From: an uncultured Methanotrichaceae archaeon
GTDB lineage: Archaea > Halobacteriota > Methanosarcinia > Methanotrichales > Methanotrichaceae
NCBI GenBank assembly: GCA_964632755.1
Contig: CAZWDT010000002.1
Location: 2,279 to 66,278, forward strand
Direction of reading: 5' to 3'
DNA length: 64,000 nucleotides
Below are positions 47,103 to 55,625 of this stretch, piece by piece. Under the pieces are notes generated by a model, which was given only the letters and a program-made list of their open reading frames with translations, made no database searches and had not been told where the DNA came from. How positions within the stretch are numbered: position 1 is the stretch's first letter; each line of letters opens with the position of its first letter. The position numbers were made by a program, and so were the translations under genes.

Positions 47103-47663
47103 ATGGGATTTCTCGACTCCCTTCTCGGAAAGACCGTGCTCCCAAAGGCACGCTCGGAGAAGCTATTTGCCATCTCGACTGCGGCAATCTCCCTCGAGTC
47201 GTTGGGAATCGTCCCCGGTGGCAAGGCTGCCATCTGCTTCAAGGCGATGGACTCCTCTCGGCTCCAGGCTGCGCGAACGGAGATAGAGGAACTCCTCTCC
47301 TTGAGCGGCCGGGAGACGGGCACAAAGCACGCGGTCGAGTCGGATCGGTACGGCTTCCTCTGGGTGGTTCTAGAGGATCGGGACTTCGAGGACCTAGTGA
47401 CAGGAATCCACATGGTCAGCCAGACTTTGGCCGACCACGGCTTTGGAGAGTGGCTGCTCTGCGCAGTCTACCTCTTCAAGGAGCCTCGTCCGGTCTATTG
47501 GATCTACAACTTCAAACAGGGTAGCTACTATCCCTTCGTTCCCTCCGGCGAGAGCCAGAGGGACAACGCCCTGGAGTTCCGGCTCCGCTCATTGATGGAG
47601 AAGGAGCTTCCCATACAGAAGGATCTGGAGCGGTGGTACCCCCTCTGGGGGATGCCGATATAG
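47103..47663 (+). CDS. hypothetical protein; PspAB-like (PspA-associated protein B) by genomic context
   Basis: 186 aa. Its ATG directly follows the htpX stop (cgcTAGATGgga). An HtpX plus unknown-protein dyad close to PspA-PspAA is the published PspAB context. I cannot verify the domain itself by eye. Confidence 0.45.
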   Translation: MGFLDSLLGKTVLPKARSEKLFAISTAAISLESLGIVPGGKAAICFKAMDSSRLQAARTEIEELLSLSGRETGTKHAVESDRYGFLWVVLEDRDFEDLVTGIHMVSQTLADHGFGEWLLCAVYLFKEPRPVYWIYNFKQGSYYPFVPSGESQRDNALEFRLRSLMEKELPIQKDLERWYPLWGMPI

Positions 47664-47814
47664 AATCGCACTGATGCTGGGCTATGCCATTGCCACGCCA
47701 TCATATTCAGTTTGCATCCTGGGTTAGTTGCTATCATAGTCGGCCCGCCGTCATGGTTAACCTCCATCCAGGTTAGCCGCTATAATGGCCATTTGCCATC
47801 TGCTCCCATCGCGA

Positions 47815-49062
47815 TTAGCCGCGAGGGGCAGTCCACCTCGCTTTGATGCTCCTTGCGGCGAGCATCGAGGTTGAGAATGCGGCCTGGAGATTGTAGCCGC
47901 CGGAGTCCCCGTCCACGTCGAGGACCTCGCCTGCCAGGTACAGCCCTTCAACGATCCGGGACTCCATGGTCTTTGGGTTGACCTCCCTTCGATCCACTCC
48001 GCCCCTTGTGACCATTGCCTCGTCATATCCTCCAAGCCTCTCAACCACCAGGGGGAGCCCGGTCAGGTTCTCGACGAGGGCGCGGCGCATCTCTTTCGTC
48101 AGCTGGGCGGATTTGAGGTCGTTAGGGATTCCCGAGATATCGAGAATCCTTGAGATGAATCTCGAGGGCAAGGAGAGGTCTGCGAGGAGGATCCTTGCGG
48201 CGCGGTCCCCGTCGACTTGCGCCCTCTCCATGAGCAAGTTCTCCAGGCTCCCTCGTCCCAGGGCAGGAAGGAAGGAAAGCTTCAGCGTATCTCCGGGCCT
48301 TATATGCCTCGAGAGGTCGAGGATCCCTGGGCCAGAGAGGCCCCCATGGGTGAAGAGAACGTCGCCCGATCGCTCCATCTTCTTCTTTTCCCTGAATAGC
48401 GCAATCGAGATATCCTGAAAGGATATCCCGGCCAGATCCGAGAAGGGATGATCCCTTATGTAGACCGGGGCCAAAGCGGGACCGGTATCGACAATGCTAT
48501 GGCCGAGAACCTTCGAGAGCCTGAATCCGTCGCCGGTCGAGCCTGTCGCAGGATACGATCTGCCGCCCGTTGAGATGACCAGAAGGGCCGATGAATAGAG
48601 GCGGTCCTGGGTGAGAACCTGAAAACCATTCCCTGACCGGGCAATCGACCTCACCTCCTGGTCGCACCTGAGAATAATCCCTTTAGCCCTGCAGAGGCCG
48701 AGGAGGAGGTCGAGCACGTCCCTCGACCTCAGCGTCCCGGGAAAGACCTTCCCTTCATCCGTCCGGATCATGGAGAGGCCGAGGCCCTCGAATGTGGAGA
48801 TGAGGTCACAATTGGTGAAGCCCAGCAGTGCTGGGCGGAGGAACCTTCCGGCATCGCCATAGCGATCGAGAAAGGCCCGGATCTCTCCATCGTGGCTTAT
48901 GTTGCAACGGCCCGAGCCCGAAATCAGGAGCTTTCTTCCAGGTGACCCCATCTTATCGAGGAGGAGGATCCTCTTGCCCTCGATCGAGGAGTTGATCGCA
49001 CAGAAGAGCCCTGCGGGACCTCCGCCCACTATTATGAGATCGAACTCCTCAGGGTCTTCCAT
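47815..49062 (-). CDS. HI0933/BaiN-family NAD(FAD)-utilising flavoprotein
   Basis: 415 aa. It has the Rossmann motif DLIIVGGGPAGLFCA and the C-terminal LYLAGEVLDVDGDSGGYNLQAAFSTS. Confidence 0.85.
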   Translation of the reverse strand: MEDPEEFDLIIVGGGPAGLFCAINSSIEGKRILLLDKMGSPGRKLLISGSGRCNISHDGEIRAFLDRYGDAGRFLRPALLGFTNCDLISTFEGLGLSMIRTDEGKVFPGTLRSRDVLDLLLGLCRAKGIILRCDQEVRSIARSGNGFQVLTQDRLYSSALLVISTGGRSYPATGSTGDGFRLSKVLGHSIVDTGPALAPVYIRDHPFSDLAGISFQDISIALFREKKKMERSGDVLFTHGGLSGPGILDLSRHIRPGDTLKLSFLPALGRGSLENLLMERAQVDGDRAARILLADLSLPSRFISRILDISGIPNDLKSAQLTKEMRRALVENLTGLPLVVERLGGYDEAMVTRGGVDRREVNPKTMESRIVEGLYLAGEVLDVDGDSGGYNLQAAFSTSMLAARSIKARWTAPRG

Positions 49063-49096
49063 CGATCTCCGTCATCTCATCCGGCCCGACGGCGGC

Positions 49097-49375
49097 CTAA
49101 TCCTCTATCAGCCCCGGCCCGTTGAAGACCTTCTTCGCCTCTTCGAGGCTCATGTCGGACGGTGGCACTATCACCTGGGACTCGACTATCTCCTCTGCGG
49201 GAAGCGCCGTTCCCTTCTGCTTGATGGTCTCGATGAGCCGGTCGAGGTCCTGGCGAAACTCCCGCTCAGCCCCGGCGGATACGTGCTCGACTATGCGGTT
49301 GTCGATTCGATTGAGCTCGTCAATGAGGGAGTCGGGCACGCGGTACTGCCCCTCTCCCATGATCCTGATGATCAT
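49097..49375 (-). CDS. PspA-associated small protein (PspAA-like)
   Basis: 92 aa (MIIRIMGEGQYRVPDSLIDELNRIDN...). It overlaps the pspA stop by 4 nt. Its size and position match the described PspA-PspAA dyad. Confidence 0.6.
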   Translation of the reverse strand: MIIRIMGEGQYRVPDSLIDELNRIDNRIVEHVSAGAEREFRQDLDRLIETIKQKGTALPAEEIVESQVIVPPSDMSLEEAKKVFNGPGLIED

Positions 49376-50070
49376 CTCCCGGCCTCCCTCTTCAGCCGGA
49401 CAAGCTCGTCTTCGACGCCAGACGAGGCCTTCATCCGGTTGAGCTCTCTATCGATGTCGTCGCCGCTTCCTGTAACGTCCTCAAGGCTTCCCTGCTCGAG
49501 CAGCTCGTCAAGCGCAGCAGAGCGCGCCTTCATGCCCTCCGTCTTCTCCTCAGCCCTCTGGACCGCCATCCCAACGTCGGCCATCTCCTCGCTGATCCCC
49601 GTCACCGACTCCGTCACCTTGACCTGGGCCTCGGCTGCCGAGTACTGGGCCTTGATGGTCTCCTTCTTGGTGCGGAAGACCTCTATCTTGGTTGTGAGCC
49701 TCTGCTCGGTGGCCGCGAGCTTATCCTGCTCCTTTTGGAGATCCTGGATCTGCAGCTCAAGCGACTCAACTTGGGCTCCAAGGGCGACCTTCCTCTCCAA
49801 GGCAACGCGAGCCAGGTCGTCCCGGCCAGCCTTCACGGCGTCGCCTGCTTGAGCTCCCAGCTTGTCCATGCTCTGCATCAGCTTGGCCTTCTGAAGCTCG
49901 AGCCTCTTCTTGGAGGTCGTAACCTCGGCAAGACCCCTTCTCACGTTCTGCAAAAGTTCCAGCTGCTTCTCATAGGAATAGTCCAGGGTCTCCCTGGGGT
50001 CCTCCACCTTATTTATGATCTTGTTCATCTTGGCTTTGACAACCGTGCCCATTCTATCCAACAAACCCAT
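49372..50070 (-). CDS. pspA: PspA/IM30 (ESCRT-III-like) family protein
   Basis: 232 aa. MGLLDRMGTVVKAKMNKIINKVEDPRETLDYSYEKQLELLQNVRRGLAEV is followed by long coiled-coil sequence. Confidence 0.85.
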   Translation of the reverse strand: MGLLDRMGTVVKAKMNKIINKVEDPRETLDYSYEKQLELLQNVRRGLAEVTTSKKRLELQKAKLMQSMDKLGAQAGDAVKAGRDDLARVALERKVALGAQVESLELQIQDLQKEQDKLAATEQRLTTKIEVFRTKKETIKAQYSAAEAQVKVTESVTGISEEMADVGMAVQRAEEKTEGMKARSAALDELLEQGSLEDVTGSGDDIDRELNRMKASSGVEDELVRLKREAGR

Positions 50071-50334
50071 TATATCAACTCCCCAAAGGCCCGGCTATGA
50101 TGACCGGCCCGTGATCATGTCTCAGAGTCAGTCTGGCTCCAAGTCTATTTATATCCTGCCGGTCTCCTCATCCTCTCCATAGAGCGCTTCTCCTCCCGGG
50201 TGGGTCATCTGTCCGGGCTGCAAGAGGATCTTCGATAGATGGTCTGGGCTATTGAGGAAATGGGGGGGCAGGTCCGGAGAGCGTTCGTCCTGCATTCTGC
50301 CAGGATTGGCATGCCCTGCTTTTAAAAAGGGGTC

Positions 50335-50730
50335 TCACATGCGACTGCGCACTGCAGGCAGAGCGGCTCGCTCTCGCTCCATCTCCCGCCGGCATCGGGG
50401 GCATATCTCCACCCAGGAGACCCCTTCTGAGTCCCTCTGCATCTCTTCGGGGACGACCTCGACGATTCGCTTCAGCATCGGCCTGGTTGCGAATGGCGTA
50501 TGGCAGACTTGGCAGGGGATCAGCTCGAAGGATATCTGAAAATCCTCCCCCTCCGGGCTGATGGATAGGGCCTTTCCAGGACAGAACTCGACGCACAGGT
50601 CACAGAACTCCTCGCATCGAGAGAAATGTATCACCCTTTGCTCTCCGTCCTCGAGGGTAATCTTTCCCGAGGGACAGACGTTGGAGCAAGCCGAACAACC
50701 CAGACACCTGCTGGAATCCATGGATATCAT
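50335..50730 (-). CDS. 4Fe-4S ferredoxin-domain protein with an extra Cys-rich C-terminal half
   Basis: 131 aa. CLGCSACSNVCP and CDLCVEFCP form the ferredoxin domain, and CQVCH...CPRC forms the Cys-rich tail. It overlaps the upstream gene by 4 nt. Confidence 0.8.
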   Translation of the reverse strand: MISMDSSRCLGCSACSNVCPSGKITLEDGEQRVIHFSRCEEFCDLCVEFCPGKALSISPEGEDFQISFELIPCQVCHTPFATRPMLKRIVEVVPEEMQRDSEGVSWVEICPRCRREMERERAALPAVRSRM

Positions 50731-51170
50731 CTCGTCTTCCTCCTCTCAATGATCGAGGCTTGGGCCGCCTTGTACCTTGCCCTGCGGTGAACGACATCAT
50801 AGTCAACGGATAGGGCTTGTGCAGGACAGGTGGCAACACAGGTTGGAAGCTCGGATGGATAGCAGAGGTCGCACTTATGGGCAAGCTTATCGGACCAGAT
50901 CACGCCAAAGGGGCAGGCAAGTGTGCAGATGCCACAGCCCGTGCATTTGGCAGCATCGAAGGATACTCGATCCCCGTCGGTCGTAAGGGCCCCCGAGTAG
51001 CAGGCCTTGGCACATGTGGCATCCTTGCAATGGTGGCAGAGAAGCGGCACGGCTGCGCGCCCATCGGCGAAAAGAACTGCGATATGAGGCTCTCCGTTGT
51101 GTTCCCTCTTGCAAGCGACCTCGCAGGCCTTGCACCCTATGCACCTCAATACATCGACGTATACCGGCAT
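50727..51170 (-). CDS. poly-[4Fe-4S] ferredoxin-like electron-transfer subunit (HycB/FdhB-small-like)
   Basis: 147 aa. Cluster motifs are CIGCKACEVAC, CHHCKDATCAKAC, CTGCGICTLACP and CDLC....CVATCP. Its ATG abuts the fdhA-like stop. Confidence 0.85.
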   Translation of the reverse strand: MPVYVDVLRCIGCKACEVACKREHNGEPHIAVLFADGRAAVPLLCHHCKDATCAKACYSGALTTDGDRVSFDAAKCTGCGICTLACPFGVIWSDKLAHKCDLCYPSELPTCVATCPAQALSVDYDVVHRRARYKAAQASIIERRKTR

Positions 51171-53207
51171 CTAATCCCTCCGGGCGAGATTGCAGGCGGC
51201 CACCTTGAACTCAGGGATCCCGGCAACCTCGTCCCTTGCACCGCTAGTGAGGATGTTCGCTCCCGGAAAGTGAAACGGCATGAAAATAACGCTAGAGGGA
51301 ACCCTCTCTGTGATCCGGGCCAAGGCTTCCGTCGTTCCCCTGGCGGTGGATACGACGACCATATCGCCTTTTATGATGCCAAGCCTTAGGGCATCCTTGG
51401 GGTTGATCTCGGCGAAGGCCTCCGGCTCTCGCTCCGCGAGGGAGGGGCTTCTCCTGGTCATCGATCCGGCGTTATGATGGACGGCGATCCTTCCGGTCGT
51501 AAGCGTGAAAGGGAACTCGCCGGAAGGCCCTTCGGCCGGAGGCCGGAAGGATACGGGCAGGATCCGGCCCCTTCCGTCCTTCGTCTTGAAGGCCTCGGTA
51601 TAAAGGATGGGAGTTCCTGGGTGATCTTGGCTCGGGCAGGGCCAGATTATGCTCGTAGCATTGAGCCGGGATCTAGTGACCCCCCCATAGGCGGGAACGG
51701 TTCTGTTGATCTCGGAGAGGACCTCCTCGGCCCCGGCGTAATCGAAGTTCAATCCCATGCGATTTGCCACCTGACAGACTATCCAGAGATCCGAACGGGC
51801 CTCGCCTGGAGGGCGAACCGCCCGATTGGTCCATTGGATCCGTCTCTCGGTGGAGGTGAAAGTCCCCTCCTTCTCCGCCCAGCAAGCAGCGGGGAGGACT
51901 AGATCGGCCAGCTGGGCAGTAGACGTCATGAAGATATCCTGGACGACCAGGAAATCGAGCGAGGAGAGCACCTCCTTGACATGGTGGCTGTTGGACTCCG
52001 AGTTCACCGGGTCCTCCCCCACGATATACATCGCTTTGATCCTTCCGTCTTTTGCTCCATCGATCATCTCGGGGGCGGTCAGGCCTCGGCCAAGGGGAAG
52101 GGATTGCGCATCCCAGGCCATGGAGAAGGCCCCCACGGTTGCCGGATCGTCGGCTGGGCGGTACCCTGGATAGAACTCGGCAAGCGCGCCCATATCGCAT
52201 GCCCCCTGAACGTTGTTCTGGCCACGGAGAGGAAGCACGCCAGTCCCTTCCCTCCCTATCTGGCCGCAGATTAGGGCCAGGTTGGCCAAAGCTTGGACGT
52301 TATCCGTCCCCGTTGTATGCTGAGTTATCCCCATGGAGTAGACGATCGATGAGGCCGGGGATAGGGCATAGGCCTCTGCTGCCTGGAAGATCAGTTGAGC
52401 TGGAATGCCGCAGATCTCCTCCGCCCACTCCGTGGTGCAGCCCTTCAGCGCCTCCACAAGATCCGGGCAGCCTCTTGTACGAGTGGCTATGAACTTCTCA
52501 TCCATCCAGCCCTCGTCGATGATCAGCCTGGCCATGGCGTTTAGAAGGGCAACGTCAGTCCCTGGCCGGATCTGGAGGAATATATCCGCGAGCCAGGCGG
52601 TCGGTGTGTAGCGGGGATCGGCTACGATCACGACCGCCCCCGCATCCTTTGCCCGATGGATCCATTGTGTGATCACGGGGTGGTTCTCGGCGAGGTTTGA
52701 GCCTATTATGAAGATACATCTGGAGTTGGCTAGATCAGGGATTGGATTGGTCATCCCAGCGGCGCCCAGGGAGCGATTCAGCCCCACAACGGACGGCGCA
52801 TGGCAGAGGCGTGCACAATTGTCGACGTTCTTCGATCCCAGGGAACGGGCCAGCTTTTGGATGAGGTAGTTCTCCTCATTCGTGCACTTCGACGATGCTA
52901 GGAACCCCAGGGATGGAGGTCCCCCCCCCTTCAAGGCCTTGGCTAACTGCCGGGCGACTACGTCGAGAGCCTCCTCCCAGCTGATGCGAGCCCATATATC
53001 GCCCACCTTCTTCATGGGGCAAGTGAGACGATCTTTATTGTTGATCACCTCAAGGGAGGCGTTGCCTTTGGGACAGAGGGCGCCTTGGCTCACCGGATGT
53101 TGGGGATTGTACTCGATTCCCATGGCGAGGCCCCTCTCAGTCGTGATCTGCAGTTCACATCCTACGGCACAGTAAGGACAGACGGTGGATACGGTCGATC
53201 TGGGCAT
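51171..53207 (-). CDS. fdhA: molybdo/tungstopterin oxidoreductase, formate dehydrogenase catalytic (alpha) subunit type, Cys variant
   Basis: 678 aa. It has the N-terminal Fe-S motif CPYCAVGCEL....CPKG. The active-site stretch NCARLCHAPSVVGLNRSLGAAGMTN aligns with the FDH (U/C)H.PSV.GL motif and has Cys, not an in-frame TGA. Confidence 0.8.
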   Translation of the reverse strand: MPRSTVSTVCPYCAVGCELQITTERGLAMGIEYNPQHPVSQGALCPKGNASLEVINNKDRLTCPMKKVGDIWARISWEEALDVVARQLAKALKGGGPPSLGFLASSKCTNEENYLIQKLARSLGSKNVDNCARLCHAPSVVGLNRSLGAAGMTNPIPDLANSRCIFIIGSNLAENHPVITQWIHRAKDAGAVVIVADPRYTPTAWLADIFLQIRPGTDVALLNAMARLIIDEGWMDEKFIATRTRGCPDLVEALKGCTTEWAEEICGIPAQLIFQAAEAYALSPASSIVYSMGITQHTTGTDNVQALANLALICGQIGREGTGVLPLRGQNNVQGACDMGALAEFYPGYRPADDPATVGAFSMAWDAQSLPLGRGLTAPEMIDGAKDGRIKAMYIVGEDPVNSESNSHHVKEVLSSLDFLVVQDIFMTSTAQLADLVLPAACWAEKEGTFTSTERRIQWTNRAVRPPGEARSDLWIVCQVANRMGLNFDYAGAEEVLSEINRTVPAYGGVTRSRLNATSIIWPCPSQDHPGTPILYTEAFKTKDGRGRILPVSFRPPAEGPSGEFPFTLTTGRIAVHHNAGSMTRRSPSLAEREPEAFAEINPKDALRLGIIKGDMVVVSTARGTTEALARITERVPSSVIFMPFHFPGANILTSGARDEVAGIPEFKVAACNLARRD

Positions 53208-53275
53208 ATTTATCCTGTTCCAATCAGTCCCTCATGATCTGCAATATCCTCGATCGAGTCGGCCGGACAATAGTC

Positions 53276-54094
53276 CTAGTAGGCATAGATCTTTCCATAA
53301 GGCCTCTTGGAGATCGGGGATATCTTGATCATATTCCCCTCTGAGATCTCCTCCTTGCACATCCCAATCTCCGGGAACCGGTCCAGGAACTCTCCCACGT
53401 ATCGGTCCAGTATGGCTCGATCCTCCTCGTCGAGGGGCGAGATCTCCACCTCCTGGCCCAACTGGCTGGGCATAAGATCGCCCCTGAGGTAGATGACGCC
53501 GCCGTGCATCCCAGTCCCTATGTAGTTCGCGAGGTGCGGCTTGCCTCCAAGGCCTAGCAGTATCACTATACCTCCTGCCATGTACTCGCCCAGGAAGTCT
53601 TGGGAAGTGCCTCCGATCACCAACACCGGCTTCTTGTCCATGTATTCCTTCATGTGGAGGGCCGTCCTGTATCCCACGTCTTCCTTGACGAAGATCTTGC
53701 CTCCCCGCATGGACATTCCGAGCACGTCCCCGGCCCTGCCTTGCACGGTTATCTCGCCATCGTCCATGGTGTTTCCCACGCCGTCTTGGACGTTGCCATG
53801 GACCATTATGCGATGGCCGCTTAGGAAGGCCCCCAGGTCATTGCCTGGAGTGCCCACGATCTCGATATCCAGCGGTATCATTAGGCCAAAGAGCCTGGTT
53901 CCGATGTACCTCTGGCCACATATATTCTTCAGCAGGAAGTGGCGCGTCCCATTCAGCATGCAGTTGCGGAGCAGGTTGTTGAGCTCCTTGCTGGGCATGC
54001 CGGTTGCATCTATCTCCACCTCGCCTACCCTCCAGCTCTTTACCGCATTGAGGGCCGGTCCGGCCGTCCCGCAATCTATCAACTGTGCTTCCAT
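53276..54094 (-). CDS. glutamate synthase GXGXG (domain 3) subunit, archaeal split type
   Basis: 272 aa. G..GNDLGAF..G..I.V.G...DGVGN.M..G.I.V.G.AGD..G..M.GG.I.V is the beta-helix repeat pattern. The gene lies next to the domain 1 and domain 2 genes. Confidence 0.75.
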   Translation of the reverse strand: MEAQLIDCGTAGPALNAVKSWRVGEVEIDATGMPSKELNNLLRNCMLNGTRHFLLKNICGQRYIGTRLFGLMIPLDIEIVGTPGNDLGAFLSGHRIMVHGNVQDGVGNTMDDGEITVQGRAGDVLGMSMRGGKIFVKEDVGYRTALHMKEYMDKKPVLVIGGTSQDFLGEYMAGGIVILLGLGGKPHLANYIGTGMHGGVIYLRGDLMPSQLGQEVEISPLDEEDRAILDRYVGEFLDRFPEIGMCKEEISEGNMIKISPISKRPYGKIYAY

Positions 54095-54113
54095 GATTAC
54101 AGACCTCCTGTTC

Positions 54114-55625
54114 TTATTCGCCTGCTCCTTTCACCCCGAGGACATCGAGCTCCCACTCGTAGAGCCCCACGCCTCGAAGGTGATCTCGGTTTCCTCGAAG
54201 GCTCTCAATGGCGTTGATGCCCATGCCGCCCAACATCTCCTTGATCTCATGAGACCAAGCTGTGAGCAGATTGACCAGACGCTGAGAGGCGATTCTGGTG
54301 TCTAACCTCCCTGCCAGGCGGGGATCTTGGGTGCATATTCCCCAGTTGCACTTGCCTGTGTAGCACTTCTGGCAGAGCGTGCATCCCATGGCTATCAGGG
54401 CTGCAGTTCCTATGTAGACGGCATCTGCCCCGAGGGCGATGGCCTTGATCACGTCGGAGCTGCATCGGATGCCACCGCCGGCTATGATCGTACAGCGACT
54501 CCTCACCCCTTCCTCCCTTAGCCTTCTGTCCACTGCGGAGAGGGCAAGTTCGATGGGGATGCCAACGTTGTCCCGGATCGCCTTGGGTGCGGCCCCTGTG
54601 CCTCCCCTCATCCCGTCAATGGCCACTATGTCCGCACCCGCTCGGACTATTCCCGAGGCAATGGCTGCGATGTTGTGCACCGCTGCCACCTTGACCGATA
54701 TGGGCAACTCGTAGTTCGTGGCTTCTTTGAGGGCGTAGATGAGCATGGAGAGGTCCTCTATGGAGTAGATGTCGTGATGGGGGGCTGGTGAGATGGCGTC
54801 CGTCCCCTCGGGGATCATCCTCGTTGCAGCAACCTTTGAAGAGACCTTCTCCGCTGGGAGATGGCCGCCTATCCCCGGCTTGGCTCCTTGTCCAACTTTT
54901 ATCTCGATCGCTCTCGCACAGTTCAGGTACTCTGCATCGATGCCGAAGCGGCCCGATGCCACCTGCACCGTAGCATAGCGTCCAAACTCCGCTCGCATGT
55001 CTCGAGGCAGGCCCCCCTCTCCCGTGTTGAAGAGGGTGCCGAACTCGCGGGCGGCCATCGCCAGGGAGTTGAAGGCCTGGTAGCTTATGGCCCCATAGGA
55101 CATGGCGGAGAAGAGAATGGGCGCTTCTATGGTGATGTTCGGGCCAAGCTCAGTGCTAATCTCGCCGCAATCGTCTATCTCGAGCAGGTCCGGCTTTCTG
55201 CCAAGGAACGTCCGGAGCTCCATAGGCTCTCGAAGTGGATCAATGGACGGGTTTGTGACCTGGGATGCGTTCAGGACGATGTTGTCCCAGTAGATGCGAA
55301 GTGGCTTGTCGCTGCCGCAACCTGATAGGAGGACGCCTCCGGTCTCCGCCTGCTTCTTGAGGTCGTCTATCTTCTCCCTAGTCCAGGCCTCGTTGGGCCG
55401 ATAGTAGGGGGGGGTGGGGCGGACCACAAGGGCATTTTTGGGGCAGAATATAGCGCACCTCTGGCAGCCGGAGCACAACTTCTCGTTGGTTACCATCCGA
55501 TCTGCAACCGGATCGTAGATGTGGGTTCCAAAGGCGCACTGCCGTTCGCAGCCGCGACATTGGTTGCAGGCCGACTCATCGCGGAATATCTGGAATTCAG
55601 GAAATAGGTAGGACCTCATTGGCAT
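54114..55625 (-). CDS. glutamate synthase FMN-binding (domain 2) subunit with an N-terminal 2x[4Fe-4S] ferredoxin domain
   Basis: 503 aa. CNQCRGCERQC and CSGCQRCAIFCP form the ferredoxin domain. The TIM-barrel motifs are IEIKVGQGAKPGIGGHLP, DIYSIEDL, DIVAIDGMRGGTGAAP and IIAGGGIR. Confidence 0.88.
   Translation of the reverse strand: MPMRSYLFPEFQIFRDESACNQCRGCERQCAFGTHIYDPVADRMVTNEKLCSGCQRCAIFCPKNALVVRPTPPYYRPNEAWTREKIDDLKKQAETGGVLLSGCGSDKPLRIYWDNIVLNASQVTNPSIDPLREPMELRTFLGRKPDLLEIDDCGEISTELGPNITIEAPILFSAMSYGAISYQAFNSLAMAAREFGTLFNTGEGGLPRDMRAEFGRYATVQVASGRFGIDAEYLNCARAIEIKVGQGAKPGIGGHLPAEKVSSKVAATRMIPEGTDAISPAPHHDIYSIEDLSMLIYALKEATNYELPISVKVAAVHNIAAIASGIVRAGADIVAIDGMRGGTGAAPKAIRDNVGIPIELALSAVDRRLREEGVRSRCTIIAGGGIRCSSDVIKAIALGADAVYIGTAALIAMGCTLCQKCYTGKCNWGICTQDPRLAGRLDTRIASQRLVNLLTAWSHEIKEMLGGMGINAIESLRGNRDHLRGVGLYEWELDVLGVKGAGE

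Noticed and set aside
51171-53207. Possible selenocysteine (in-frame TGA) in the FDH-like subunit.
   Set aside because: The ORF is uninterrupted and the active-site position is a Cys codon (RLCHAPSV). No recoding is needed.
50727-54094. The GXGXG protein, the molybdopterin subunit and the poly-ferredoxin could be read as a formylmethanofuran dehydrogenase (FwdC/FwdBD/FwdG) cluster.
   Set aside because: No FwdA amidohydrolase subunit is present. The GXGXG gene lies 19 nt downstream of the GOGAT FMN-domain gene, which in turn overlaps the amidotransferase gene. The 678-aa protein has the FDH-type ARxCHxPSVxGL active-site stretch. This still needs phylogenetic confirmation.
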